Assembly: GCA_045633005.1 (NCBI GenBank)
Contig: JAZQXT010000075.1
Span: forward strand, 20,441-84,440
Length of the DNA stretch: 64,000 nt
Source of the DNA: Eubacteriales bacterium
GTDB taxonomy: Bacteria; Bacillota; Clostridia; Oscillospirales; CAG-272
Direction of reading: 5' to 3'
The notes below the pieces were generated by a model that was given only the letters and a program-made list of their open reading frames with translations, was not told where the DNA came from and did not search any database. Within the stretch, counting starts at the first letter, position 1, and the number at the start of each line of letters is the position of its first letter. A program made the position numbers and the translations under genes. This document shows, piece by piece, positions 10,019 through 19,749 of the stretch.

Positions 10019-10297
10019 ATGGATGCATTTGCATTTGGTGCTATTATCGGTTCGATTTTAAGCGGTGCTGCTGTTGGGGCGGTTCCTGCAATATGTGGCG
10101 CAATAAAACAAAAAATAGGTTTAGCCATAGGTGGATTTTTCGCATGTATTGTAGCCTCTTTCTTGTTGGGGTTAATTTTATCCGTTCCTACCTGTGCCGT
10201 CTTTTTATTTTTAATATTCAAAAAGCCAAAATTAGCAGAAAATAATTCAGCTAATACCGAAAATTCTAATAAGGATCTCGGTGATGACGAAGTTTAA
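10019..10297 (+). CDS. Small hypothetical membrane protein (92 aa, Gly/Ala-rich helices, acidic tail)
   Basis: GGGAGG at 10006-10011 lies 7 nt upstream of the ATG at 10019. Two or three predicted TM helices (GAIIGSILSGAAVGAVPAICGAI, IGGFFACIVASFLLGLILSV). It has its own promoter, long leader and terminator. Confidence 0.55.
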   Translation: MDAFAFGAIIGSILSGAAVGAVPAICGAIKQKIGLAIGGFFACIVASFLLGLILSVPTCAVFLFLIFKKPKLAENNSANTENSNKDLGDDEV

Positions 10298-10311
10298 AAA
10301 ATAACATAATC

Positions 10312-10347
10312 AAAAGGAACCGACCTACACCGAAACGGTTCCTTTTT
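10312..10347 (+). terminator. Intrinsic terminator after the small membrane protein gene
   Basis: AAAAGGAACCG-(13 nt)-CGGTTCCTTTT followed by T. Confidence 0.7.
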
Positions 10348-10492
10348 GTATTGATTGCATAATATTTTTGATAGAACTGTTCTTAAGAGTACGTCCCGTC
10401 GAACTCACTCTTTTTTATGCCAAAATCTGCATTGAATAACCAACGCGCGATACAGCCGATAATTGTAATGTAAAAATTGTCGGGGGAAGCGT

Positions 10493-11269
10493 ATGTACTA
10501 TAACAAAGTCGAAATTTGCGGAGTGAACACCACGAAGCTGAAAACGTTGACGGACGAGGAAAAACACGACCTTTTGCAAAAAACCAAGGAGGGCGACGAC
10601 GGCGCGCGCGCCGAGCTGATATACGGCAATCTAAGGCTTGTCCTTAGCATAATACAGCGTTTTTCGGGGCGGCACGAGTCGATGGACGATCTTTTTCAGG
10701 TCGGATGTATCGGACTCGTTAAGGCGGTGGATAATTTTAATCTTGAATTGAACGTGAAATTTTCCACATACGCCGTTCCGATGATAATAGGCGAGATACG
10801 CCGTTATCTGCGCGATAATAATGCGATACGCATAAGCCGCTCGGTAAGGGACCTTGCCTACCGCGCACTCGGCGCACGCGAGGAGCTGATGGGCGACAAC
10901 CAAAACGAGCCGACACCCGCGCAGATAGCGGAGAAGATCGGCGAGAGCCGCGAGGCGGTGGTGAGAGCTATGGAGGCAATAATCGAGCCGATGTCTCTTT
11001 ACGAGCCGATATACAGCGAAAACGGCGACTCGCTCTACGTTATTGACCAGCTTGCGGACACGAATTTCTCGGATGAGATGTGGCTCGAAAATATCGCGCT
11101 TGCCGAGGCACTTGAGCATCTTGGCGAGAGGGAGCGCAGAATAATCAGCCTTCGCTTTTTTATGAACAAAACTCAGATGGAGATAGCCGAGGAGATAGGC
11201 ATCTCACAAGCGCAGGTGTCGCGACTTGAAAAGGGCGCGCTTGAGCGAATGCGCAAGGAGATAAATTGA
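10493..11269 (+). CDS. sigG: Sporulation (forespore) sigma factor SigG
   Basis: Near-collinear with my recollection of B. subtilis SigG: NKVEICGV(N/D)T(T/S)KL, GNLRLVLS(I/V)IQRF, DDLFQVGCIGL(V/M)K(A/S)VDNF, VKFSTYAVPMIIGEIRRYLRDNN, KTQMEIAEEIGISQAQVSRLEK. Confidence 0.85.
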   Translation: MYYNKVEICGVNTTKLKTLTDEEKHDLLQKTKEGDDGARAELIYGNLRLVLSIIQRFSGRHESMDDLFQVGCIGLVKAVDNFNLELNVKFSTYAVPMIIGEIRRYLRDNNAIRISRSVRDLAYRALGAREELMGDNQNEPTPAQIAEKIGESREAVVRAMEAIIEPMSLYEPIYSENGDSLYVIDQLADTNFSDEMWLENIALAEALEHLGERERRIISLRFFMNKTQMEIAEEIGISQAQVSRLEKGALERMRKEIN

Positions 11270-11297
11270 AAAAAGCCTCAAAGTGAGGCTTTTTTTC
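11270..11297 (+). terminator. Intrinsic terminator after sigG
   Basis: AGCCTCA-aag-TGAGGCT followed by TTTTTT. Confidence 0.75.
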
Positions 11298-11378
11298 ATT
11301 ATAATAGAATAAAAAAACCTTAATATTATTATATTATTATTAAACTTTACTAAAATAATAAAATATTAAATTTTATAA

Positions 11379-11407
11379 TTGAAATTGACCTTGAAATGTA
11401 GTATAAT
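11379..11407 (+). promoter_or_regulatory. Sigma-A promoter TTGAAA-17-TATAAT for the glg operon, preceded by ~85 bp of ~90% AT DNA
   Basis: Hexamers at 11379-11384 and 11402-11407. The AT tract at 11297-11378 could act as an UP element or curved DNA. Confidence 0.55.
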
Positions 11408-11458
11408 ATAGGATAGGAAAATTTGATTCCGAATTTTCTGCTGACGAAGGAGGAAAAA

Positions 11459-13393
11459 ATGGGCAAAAAAAATGAAATGGCGGAATACCTGTTTCATCAG
11501 GGTACGAATTTTGAGTCATATAATTATTTTGGCGTCCATCGTGAGGATGGCTTGCTCACCTTTCGCGTCTGGGCTCCCAATGCTACCGCGATTGCCGTAA
11601 TAGGCGATTTCAACGGCTGGTGCGGTTGCCACGGCTACTATATGCATCGCTTGAATGACGGCGGCATTTGGGAGATATCGCTCCACGATATGCCCGACGG
11701 CACTCGCTATAAATATCTTATTCATACGAAGGACGGCAGACAGCTTCAGAAGGCTGATCCCTACGCCTTTGCCGCTGAGCTTCCCCCTGCAACCGCATCT
11801 CTCGTTTACACCGCCCCCATCGATTACGCGTGGCGTGATGCGGGCTGGATGAGCTTCCGTCCGAATGCGAGGGAGTATAACCGCCCGATAAACGTTTACG
11901 AGCTTCATCTCGGCTCTTGGAAGCGTCACGAGGACGGCACTTATCTTAGCTATCTTGAGCTTGCGCACGAGCTTCCGCAGTACGTTAAGCAGATGGGATA
12001 TACCCACGTCGAGCTTTTGCCCGTTATGGAGCATCCGTTTGACGGCTCTTGGGGCTATCAGGTCACGGGCTATTACGCGCCCACGGCACGCTTCGGCTCT
12101 CCGCACGATTTCTGCGCACTCGTTGACGCTTTGCACGAGGCGGGCATCGGAGTTATTCTCGATTGGGTTCCCGCGCACTTCCCCAAGGATGCGCACGGAC
12201 TTTACGAATTTGACGGACAGCCGCTTTACGAGTATCAGGGCTGGGACAGAATGGAGCATAAGGGCTGGGGAACGCGCCGCTTTGACGTTGGCAGACCCGA
12301 AATTCAGTCATTCCTCGTTTCCAACGCTTGCTTCTGGGCGCAGGTCTACCACGCGGACGGGATCCGCGTTGACGCGGTAGCATCCATGCTCTACCTCGAT
12401 TACGATAAAATGCCCGACGAGTGGGTGCCTAATATCTACGGCGATAACCGTTGCCTTGAGGCTATGGCGTTCTTCAAAAAGCTCAACGGACATATGGCGT
12501 ATCGCCACCCCGCCGTTATGATGATAGCGGAGGAATCGAGCGCGTGGGGCGGTCTTACCTCGTTCGAGGGCGACGGACTCGGCTTCACTTATAAATGGAA
12601 TATGGGTTGGATGAACGACGGTCTTTCCTATCTTGAGACCGACCCGATATACAGAAAATACCACCACGATAAAATGACCTTCTCGCTGATGTACTCCTTC
12701 GGCGAAAAGTATATGCTTCCCATCTCTCACGACGAGGTCGTACACGGCAAAAAGTCGCTTCTCGACCGCGCCCCCGGTGACTACTACAATAAGTTTGCGG
12801 GCACGCGCGCGTTTATGACCTATATGATGACGCACCCCGGCAAAAAGCTACTCTTTATGGGATGCGAGTATGGTCCTTTTAGAGAATGGGATTACAACGA
12901 CAGCCTTGAGTGGTTTATGCTTGATTATGACAAGCACGCAAGACTTCAGCGCTTTAACGCAGACCTCAATCACCTCTATCTTGCAAACTCGCCACTCTGG
13001 GCGCGAGATACCGATTGGAGCGGCTTTGATTGGGTGGAGGTCGATAATGCGGACGCAAGCGTTATCGCTTACCGCAGAATGTCCGACGAGGGCGAGCTTC
13101 TCGTAGTTATCAACTACACGCCCGTTTATTACCCCGAATATCGACTCGGCGTACCCTTTGCGGGACGCTGGAGCGAGCTTCTCTCAAGTGACGATCTTGC
13201 CTACGGCGGCGGCGGCGTTACGCACCCCGACGGCATCGTAAGCGAGCCGATCCCCGCAGGCAGGTGGGAAAACTCCGTTTCGCTTCGCCTTGCGCCGCAC
13301 GGTGCGCTGATCTTCAAGCTTGATGAAAAGATCTCGGATACCGCGCCGAAGGCAAAGAAGCTGTCGGCACGCCCAAAAAAGAAAAATAAATAA
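11459..13393 (+). CDS. glgB: 1,4-alpha-glucan branching enzyme
   Basis: GH13 branching-enzyme motifs: YELHLGSW, GYTHVELLPVMEHPFDGSWGYQVTGYYAP, DWVPAHFPKD, GIRVDAVASMLY, MIAEEST-like MIAEESSAW, LPISHDEVVHGK. AAGGAGG RBS precedes the ATG at 11459. Confidence 0.95.
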   Translation: MGKKNEMAEYLFHQGTNFESYNYFGVHREDGLLTFRVWAPNATAIAVIGDFNGWCGCHGYYMHRLNDGGIWEISLHDMPDGTRYKYLIHTKDGRQLQKADPYAFAAELPPATASLVYTAPIDYAWRDAGWMSFRPNAREYNRPINVYELHLGSWKRHEDGTYLSYLELAHELPQYVKQMGYTHVELLPVMEHPFDGSWGYQVTGYYAPTARFGSPHDFCALVDALHEAGIGVILDWVPAHFPKDAHGLYEFDGQPLYEYQGWDRMEHKGWGTRRFDVGRPEIQSFLVSNACFWAQVYHADGIRVDAVASMLYLDYDKMPDEWVPNIYGDNRCLEAMAFFKKLNGHMAYRHPAVMMIAEESSAWGGLTSFEGDGLGFTYKWNMGWMNDGLSYLETDPIYRKYHHDKMTFSLMYSFGEKYMLPISHDEVVHGKKSLLDRAPGDYYNKFAGTRAFMTYMMTHPGKKLLFMGCEYGPFREWDYNDSLEWFMLDYDKHARLQRFNADLNHLYLANSPLWARDTDWSGFDWVEVDNADASVIAYRRMSDEGELLVVINYTPVYYPEYRLGVPFAGRWSELLSSDDLAYGGGGVTHPDGIVSEPIPAGRWENSVSLRLAPHGALIFKLDEKISDTAPKAKKLSARPKKKNK

Positions 13394-13429
13394 ATATATA
13401 TAATCGCAAGAAAGGATCGGATCAAAGCA

Positions 13430-14614
13430 ATGTATAAGAAAAAAGAATGTGTCGCAATGCTTCTGGCTGGTGGACAGGGAAGCAGACTTTACGCGCTTAC
13501 CTCAAAGCTTGCCAAGCCCGCCGTTTTGTTCGGCGGCAAATATCGCATCATCGATTTCCCCCTTTCAAACTGTGTTAATTCGGGCATTGACACCGTAGGC
13601 GTTCTTACCCAGTATCAGCCCTTGTTGCTTAACGATTACATCGGCAACGGACTTCCCTGGGACCTTGACCGCAACTACGGCGGAGTAAAGATCCTGCCCC
13701 CCTATCAGGGAAAGGACCGTGCCGACTGGTATCGCGGTACTGCCAACGCAATTTATCAGAACATTCAGTTTATCAAGCAGTATGATCCCGAATACGTTTT
13801 GATACTTTCGGGCGACCACATCTACAAGATGGACTACGCCGCAATGCTTGCCGCACACAAGCGCAACAATGCGGACTGCACTATCGCCGTTATCGACGTT
13901 CCGATCGAGGAGGCAAGCCGCTTCGGTATTATGAGCGTAAACGAGGACGGAAGCGTATGGAAGTTCTCCGAAAAGCCAAAGAACCCCGACAGCACGAAGG
14001 CTTCTATGGGTATTTACATCTTCAATACCAAGAAGCTCCTCTCCTATCTTGAGGAGGATGAGAAGAACCCCGACTCCGAAAACGATTTCGGTAAAAACAT
14101 CATCCCTGCAATGCTTGGCGCGGGCGAGAGAATGTTCGCATATCCCTTCTCAGGATATTGGAAGGACGTTGGAACTATCTCCTCTCTCTGGGAGGCGAAT
14201 ATGGATATGCTCGGCGAAGATCCCGCACTCGTTCTTAACGACGACAAGTGGCGCATCTACGCTCGCCACTACGCACAGGCACCCCAGTTCATAAGCAAGG
14301 ATGCCGAGGTTTCCAACTCATCCATTACCGAGGGCTGTGAGATATACGGAAAGGTCAAGAATTCCGTTCTCGGCGTAGGCGTTCGCGTTATGGAGGGCGC
14401 AGAGGTCGTGGATTCCGTTATTATGAGCGGTGCTACGATAGACAAGAATGCCGTTGTTAAGTATTCCATCGTCGATTCCTTTGCCTACGTTGGCGAGGGC
14501 GTAACCCTCGGCGCAGATCGCGCAGAGGGCGTAGAAGTAGCCGTTGTTGGCGCAGGCGTAAGCATTTCCGCAGGGGAAAACGTTCCTCAGGGCGCAATGC
14601 TTTACGGTGAATAA
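13430..14614 (+). CDS. glgC: Glucose-1-phosphate adenylyltransferase, catalytic subunit
   Basis: [43 protein letters not shown], with FSEKPK and a left-handed beta-helix C-terminus. Confidence 0.95.
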   Translation: MYKKKECVAMLLAGGQGSRLYALTSKLAKPAVLFGGKYRIIDFPLSNCVNSGIDTVGVLTQYQPLLLNDYIGNGLPWDLDRNYGGVKILPPYQGKDRADWYRGTANAIYQNIQFIKQYDPEYVLILSGDHIYKMDYAAMLAAHKRNNADCTIAVIDVPIEEASRFGIMSVNEDGSVWKFSEKPKNPDSTKASMGIYIFNTKKLLSYLEEDEKNPDSENDFGKNIIPAMLGAGERMFAYPFSGYWKDVGTISSLWEANMDMLGEDPALVLNDDKWRIYARHYAQAPQFISKDAEVSNSSITEGCEIYGKVKNSVLGVGVRVMEGAEVVDSVIMSGATIDKNAVVKYSIVDSFAYVGEGVTLGADRAEGVEVAVVGAGVSISAGENVPQGAMLYGE

Positions 14615-14634
14615 TAAATAAGGAGGATATTAAA

Positions 14635-15768
14635 ATGACCGCAGCAGGACTTATATTTTCCAATATTCACGACGAATGTCTGCCTGAGCTTACGCGCCAT
14701 CGTACAATGGCAAGCGTTCCCTTCGGTGGCAGATACCGTCTTATAGATTTTCCGCTTTCCAATATGGTCAACTCCAACATCACTAAGGTTGGCGTTATAA
14801 CTCACTATAACTATCAGTCGCTCCTTGACCATCTCGGAACGGGCAAGGACTGGGATCTCGCTCGCCGCTCCGGCGGTATCAAGCTGCTCCCGCCCTTTAT
14901 TTCCGCGTTTGATGCAAAGGGCACTCCCTCGCTTTATCACACTCGCCTTGAGGCTATGCTCGGCGTTATGAACTTCATTTCGCGCTGTGACGAGGACGTT
15001 ATCGTCCTTTCCGATTGCGACGCTATCTGCAACATCGACCTTCGCGACGTTATAAGAAACCATGAGAAAAACGGCGCGGACATCACCATCGTGACCAAGC
15101 GCGTTAAGGGCGGAAGCGCCATTGCCGACAGACAGTGGATAGTAAACGCCGACGATAACGGCAATATTTACGAGGTAGCCGAGTACACCAAGGGACTTTG
15201 CGACGAGGCAGAGGTCTCCACCAATATTATGGTGATCACCCGCAACTACCTGCTGGGAATACTGCTTGACGCTTCGGCGCACGGATATACTCACTTCTTT
15301 AGCGAGATCATCCTCAAAAACATCGGCAGAGCAAACTACCGCGCGTACCGTTATAACGGATATTACGCTAACATCAACTCTCTTGCAGGATATTTTGATT
15401 GCTCCATGCAGCTTCTTAACGCTGACGTGCGCGGCGCACTCTTCAGACAGGAGAACCGCTCCGTATACACGAAGGTCCGCAACTCCGCCCCCACGACCTA
15501 TTGCGAGGGCGCAAAGGTAACCAATTCCGTTATAGCTGACGGATGCGTTATCGAGGGCGAGGTAGAGAACTGCATAATCTTCCGCGGAGTAAAGGTTGGC
15601 AGAGGCACGAAGATCAAAAACTCCATTCTGCTTCAGGACACCTACGTTGGACAGAACGTAAGCCTTAATTGCGTTATAACCGATAAAAACGCTATTATCC
15701 GCGATTCCCGCGTTCTTTCGGGACACGAGAGCATGCCGTTCTTTATAGGCAAGGATATAATGGTATAA
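14635..15768 (+). CDS. glgD: Glucose-1-phosphate adenylyltransferase, GlgD subunit
   Basis: Paralogue of GlgC that lacks the GGxGxRL loop (GLIFSNIHDECLPELTRHRTMASVPFGGRYRLIDFPLSNMVNS). It sits between glgC and glgA as in Firmicute glg operons. Confidence 0.9.
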   Translation: MTAAGLIFSNIHDECLPELTRHRTMASVPFGGRYRLIDFPLSNMVNSNITKVGVITHYNYQSLLDHLGTGKDWDLARRSGGIKLLPPFISAFDAKGTPSLYHTRLEAMLGVMNFISRCDEDVIVLSDCDAICNIDLRDVIRNHEKNGADITIVTKRVKGGSAIADRQWIVNADDNGNIYEVAEYTKGLCDEAEVSTNIMVITRNYLLGILLDASAHGYTHFFSEIILKNIGRANYRAYRYNGYYANINSLAGYFDCSMQLLNADVRGALFRQENRSVYTKVRNSAPTTYCEGAKVTNSVIADGCVIEGEVENCIIFRGVKVGRGTKIKNSILLQDTYVGQNVSLNCVITDKNAIIRDSRVLSGHESMPFFIGKDIMV

Positions 15769-15781
15769 AAGAGGTCTGGAA

Positions 15782-17221
15782 ATGAAAAAAAGTGTACTTT
15801 TCGTAGGAGCTGAGGCAATGCCCTTTGCCGCCACGGGCGGTCTTGGCGACGTTCTTGGCTCGCTCCCCACGGCACTTGCCGCAGAGGGAGCAGACGTGCG
15901 CGTGGTCATGCCGCTCTATTCGGCTGTCGGCGCACAATGGCGCGAGCAGATGACGACAGAGGCGGTCTTTACCGTAGAGCTTGCTTGGCGCCGTCAGTAC
16001 TGTGGAATACTTAGTCTTAAAAAGGACGGAGTTACCTATTATTTCGTTGACAACGAATATTACTTTGACCGCGCGGGCGGACTTTACGGTCATTACGATG
16101 ACGGTGAACGCTTCGCTTTCTTCTGCACAGCCGTGCTTGAAATGCTTCCGAGGATAAATTTCTTCCCGAAGGTGCTTCACGCTAACGATTGGCAGTCTGC
16201 GCTTTCCCTGATATATCTTTGCAGAAAGTATATGGGACGTCCGCAGTACGCCGCTATCCGCCGCGTATTTACCATTCACAATATCGAATATCAGGGTAAA
16301 TACGATTTCTACATTCTCGGTGACGTTTTCGGACTTGGTGCCGCAGACCGCGAGTGCGTAGAATACGACGGATGTATAAATCTTATGAAGGGCGCTATCG
16401 AGTCCGCAGAGATAGTCAGCACCGTAAGCCCCAGATACGCCGAGGAGATAATGACTCCCCAGTATTCTCACGGGCTTTGGAGAATTTTACAGAGAAATTC
16501 CTCAAAGGTGTGCGGTATACTCAACGGCATCGACTATGCGTATTACGATCCCGAAACGGACCCCATCCTTCCCAAGAATTACAGCGCAAAAGCTCCCGCG
16601 CAGAAGGCGGCTTGCCGCACAAAGCTGCGCCAAGATATCGGACTTCCCGACGCGGACGTTCCGCTTATCGCCGTTATCTCGCGCCTTGCATCGCATAAGG
16701 GACTCGACATCGTTGCCGAGTGTCTGCGCGGCGTTCTTTGGAACACGGGCGCACAGTTCGTCGTGCTCGGATGCGGCGAGAGCAAGTACGAGGACTTTTT
16801 CCGCGCACTTGAGGCCGAATTCCCGAATCAGGTACGCGCGCTCATCACCTACGACAGAGATCTGTCGCGCAAGATATACGCCGCGGCTGATATCTTTATG
16901 ATGCCGTCGAAGAGCGAGCCCTGCGGTCTTTCGCAGATGATAGCGTCAAGATACGGCGCGATCCCCGTAGTAAGAGAAACGGGCGGACTTGCCGACTCCA
17001 TACACGGATATTGGGAGACCGAGGACGGAACTCTTATGGGAAATGGATTTACCTTTGCCAATTACAGCGCCGCCGAGCTTTACGAGCGCACCTGCGCCGC
17101 AGTAGAGCTGCTTAAGGACAAGAAAAAGGCAAGGAAATTTATAAAGAAGATAATGTCCACCGATTTCTCGTGGACGGCATCTGCAAAGCAGTACATCAGT
17201 ATGTACGATAGCCTTAACTGA
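15782..17221 (+). CDS. glgA: Glycogen synthase (ADP-glucose type, GT5)
   Basis: VGAEAMPFAATGGLGDVLGSLP (KTGGL-type motif), HANDWQSAL, and C-terminal PSKSEPCGLSQM / ETGGLADSI. Confidence 0.95.
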   Translation: MKKSVLFVGAEAMPFAATGGLGDVLGSLPTALAAEGADVRVVMPLYSAVGAQWREQMTTEAVFTVELAWRRQYCGILSLKKDGVTYYFVDNEYYFDRAGGLYGHYDDGERFAFFCTAVLEMLPRINFFPKVLHANDWQSALSLIYLCRKYMGRPQYAAIRRVFTIHNIEYQGKYDFYILGDVFGLGAADRECVEYDGCINLMKGAIESAEIVSTVSPRYAEEIMTPQYSHGLWRILQRNSSKVCGILNGIDYAYYDPETDPILPKNYSAKAPAQKAACRTKLRQDIGLPDADVPLIAVISRLASHKGLDIVAECLRGVLWNTGAQFVVLGCGESKYEDFFRALEAEFPNQVRALITYDRDLSRKIYAAADIFMMPSKSEPCGLSQMIASRYGAIPVVRETGGLADSIHGYWETEDGTLMGNGFTFANYSAAELYERTCAAVELLKDKKKARKFIKKIMSTDFSWTASAKQYISMYDSLN

Positions 17222-17250
17222 TCAAAGACAAATATTTGGAGGAAGTTGAT

Positions 17251-19725
17251 TTGAATTACAAACCTAACGCAACCGAAGTAAAATCTAATATTGAACAAAA
17301 GCTTTCGCGCCAGTTTGGCGCAACCGCCCGCGACGCTTCGCGCGAGCAGATGTATAAGGCAGTCGTTCACACCGTGAAGGACATCCTTACCGAAAAGCGC
17401 TCCGACTTCAAGGACACCATCAACCAGAAGGGTGAAAAGCGCATCTACTACATGTGCATGGAGTTCCTTATGGGACGCTCACTCAAGACCAGCCTTCACA
17501 ACCTCGGACTTGCCGAGGCGTACAAGAAGGCGCTTAAAAATCTCGGCTACGATCTTGACGATCTTTACGAGTGCGAGCCCGATGCAGGTCTTGGCAACGG
17601 CGGTCTCGGCAGACTTGCCGCTTGCTTTATGGACTCCCTCTCCTCGCTCGATTATCCCGCTTGCGGCTTCTCGCTTTGCTATGAGTACGGACTCTTTAAG
17701 CAGAAGATCGTTGACGGCATTCAGGTAGAGCTTCCCGACATCTGGCTCCCCGGCGGCGAGGTATGGCTCGTTCCCCGTACCGACCGCATCTTCACCGTTA
17801 AGATGGGGGGTAAGGTAGTTGAAAAGTGGCAGAACGGCAGACTTGAGATCGGATATGAGGACACCGAGGACTTCGAGGCAGTTCCTTACGATATGATGGT
17901 TTCGGGCGGCGACAGCGACGGCGTAAACAGACTCCGTCTTTGGAAGGCACGCGACATCCGCTCCTTCAATATGGGACTCTTCACGCAGGGACAGTACACC
18001 CGTGCGCTTGAGGAAAGCACCAGCGCGGAGATAATCTCAAAGGTTCTCTATCCCTCGGATAACCATATGGAAGGTAAGCTGCTCCGTCTTACTCAGCAGT
18101 ACTTCCTCGTTTCCGCATCCGTTCAGAGCATCATCCGCGACCATATGGCGGTTTACGGAACTCTTGATAACCTTCACGATAAGGTTGCTATCCACATCAA
18201 CGATACCCACCCTGCGCTGTGCATTCCCGAGCTTATGCGTATCCTTATAGATGACTATAACTATTCTTGGGAGCACGCTTGGTATATCACCACCAACACC
18301 GTATCCTACACCAACCACACCGTAATGCCCGAGGCACTTGAGAAGTGGAGCGAGGACCTCTTCCGCTTCCGTCTGCCCAGAATCCACACCATCGTACGCG
18401 AAATCAACGAGCGCTTCTGCAAGGAGGCTTGGGAGCGTTTCCCCGGCAACTGGAACAGAGTTTCCGCTATGAGCATCATCAGCTACGGTCAGGTGCATAT
18501 GGCAAATCTTGCCGTTATCGGTTCTCACACCGTAAACGGAGTTTCCAAGCTCCACTCCCAGATACTCGTAGATTCCGTATTCAAGGATTTCTACCGTATG
18601 TGGCCCGAAAGATTTACCAACGTAACCAACGGTATTGCTCACCGCCGTTGGCTGTGCTACTCCAACCCCGGTCTTGCAGGTCTGCTTGACGAAACTATCG
18701 GAACGGGATACCGCAAGAATCCCGAGGAGCTTGAAAAGTTCCTTGCATTTGCCGACGATAAGGCTGTTCTCGACAGACTCCGCGCTATCAAGCACGAAAA
18801 CAAGGAGAAGTTCTCCGAGTTTATCTACAAGCGCACGGGCGTGCCGATCGACACCCATTCCATCTATGACGTACAGATCAAGCGTCTGCACGAATACAAG
18901 CGTCAGCTTCTTAACGTTCTCAACATCATCGGAATGTATCTCGATCTTCTTGATAATCCCGATATGGATTTCTATCCCAGAACGTTCATCTTCGGTGCAA
19001 AGGCGGCTCCCGGATATCACCTTGCAAAGAGAATCATTCAGCTCATCTCCATGCTCTCCCGCGAGCTTGACGCTAACCCCAAGATCCGCGAAAAGCTCCG
19101 CGTTATCTTCGTTGAGGATTACAACGTAAGCGCGGCAGAGTGCCTTATCCCCGCGGCAGAGATCAGCCAGCAGATCTCTATGGCTGGTAAGGAAGCAAGC
19201 GGTACGGGCTGTATGAAGCTTATGATAAACGGTGCGCTCACCATCGGTACTCTTGACGGTGCAAACGTTGAGATGCACGCCGCAGTAGGTGACGATAACA
19301 TCTACATCTTCGGTCTTAACGCCGCAGAGGTTGAGGAGCTTTGGCTCTCGGGCTACACTCCCGCACTCTTCTACGCGCGTAACGAGAAGCTTCGCCGCAT
19401 AATCGACAGACTCAACGTAGGCTTTGCGGGCGAGTCCTTTGCTGACATCGCAACCTACCTTATCTCTCCCTCCCACGGCGTTGCCGACCCCTATCTCTGC
19501 ATAGCTGACTTTGATTCCTATAACAAGACTCACGGCGCAATGTACAGAGATTACCTCGACCGCGAGAAGTGGACCCGTATGTCCCTTGTAAATATCGCAA
19601 AGTGCGGCTACTTTGCCGCAGACCGCGCAGTTGCCGAGTATGCCGACAAGATATGGCACCTCAACCGCGTTCCCGTTCCCAAGGCAGCTCCCGCAAAGAC
19701 CACGAGGGCTAAGGCTAAAAAATAA
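17251..19725 (+). CDS. glgP: Glycogen/maltodextrin phosphorylase (GT35)
   Basis: YYMCMEFLMGRSL, GLGNGGLGRLAACFMDS, and the pyridoxal-phosphate site EISQQISMAGKEASGTGCMKLMINGA. The start is uncertain: TTG at 17251 is 8 nt after GGAGG (17238-17242), while the ORF-track TTG at 17236 overlaps the RBS. Confidence 0.93.
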   Translation: MNYKPNATEVKSNIEQKLSRQFGATARDASREQMYKAVVHTVKDILTEKRSDFKDTINQKGEKRIYYMCMEFLMGRSLKTSLHNLGLAEAYKKALKNLGYDLDDLYECEPDAGLGNGGLGRLAACFMDSLSSLDYPACGFSLCYEYGLFKQKIVDGIQVELPDIWLPGGEVWLVPRTDRIFTVKMGGKVVEKWQNGRLEIGYEDTEDFEAVPYDMMVSGGDSDGVNRLRLWKARDIRSFNMGLFTQGQYTRALEESTSAEIISKVLYPSDNHMEGKLLRLTQQYFLVSASVQSIIRDHMAVYGTLDNLHDKVAIHINDTHPALCIPELMRILIDDYNYSWEHAWYITTNTVSYTNHTVMPEALEKWSEDLFRFRLPRIHTIVREINERFCKEAWERFPGNWNRVSAMSIISYGQVHMANLAVIGSHTVNGVSKLHSQILVDSVFKDFYRMWPERFTNVTNGIAHRRWLCYSNPGLAGLLDETIGTGYRKNPEELEKFLAFADDKAVLDRLRAIKHENKEKFSEFIYKRTGVPIDTHSIYDVQIKRLHEYKRQLLNVLNIIGMYLDLLDNPDMDFYPRTFIFGAKAAPGYHLAKRIIQLISMLSRELDANPKIREKLRVIFVEDYNVSAAECLIPAAEISQQISMAGKEASGTGCMKLMINGALTIGTLDGANVEMHAAVGDDNIYIFGLNAAEVEELWLSGYTPALFYARNEKLRRIIDRLNVGFAGESFADIATYLISPSHGVADPYLCIADFDSYNKTHGAMYRDYLDREKWTRMSLVNIAKCGYFAADRAVAEYADKIWHLNRVPVPKAAPAKTTRAKAKK

Positions 19726-19749
19726 TTTCCCGAAAGAGAAAAAGACTTA

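Noticed and set aside
10380-10492. Forespore-type (SigF/SigG) promoter upstream of sigG, for example TGAATA (10431-10436)-N18-CGATAAT.
   Set aside because: The match to the consensus I remember (G-H-ATR ... CAT-x-H-TA) is only partial and the -10 is off. I cannot support a call from sequence alone, so 5'-end mapping is needed.
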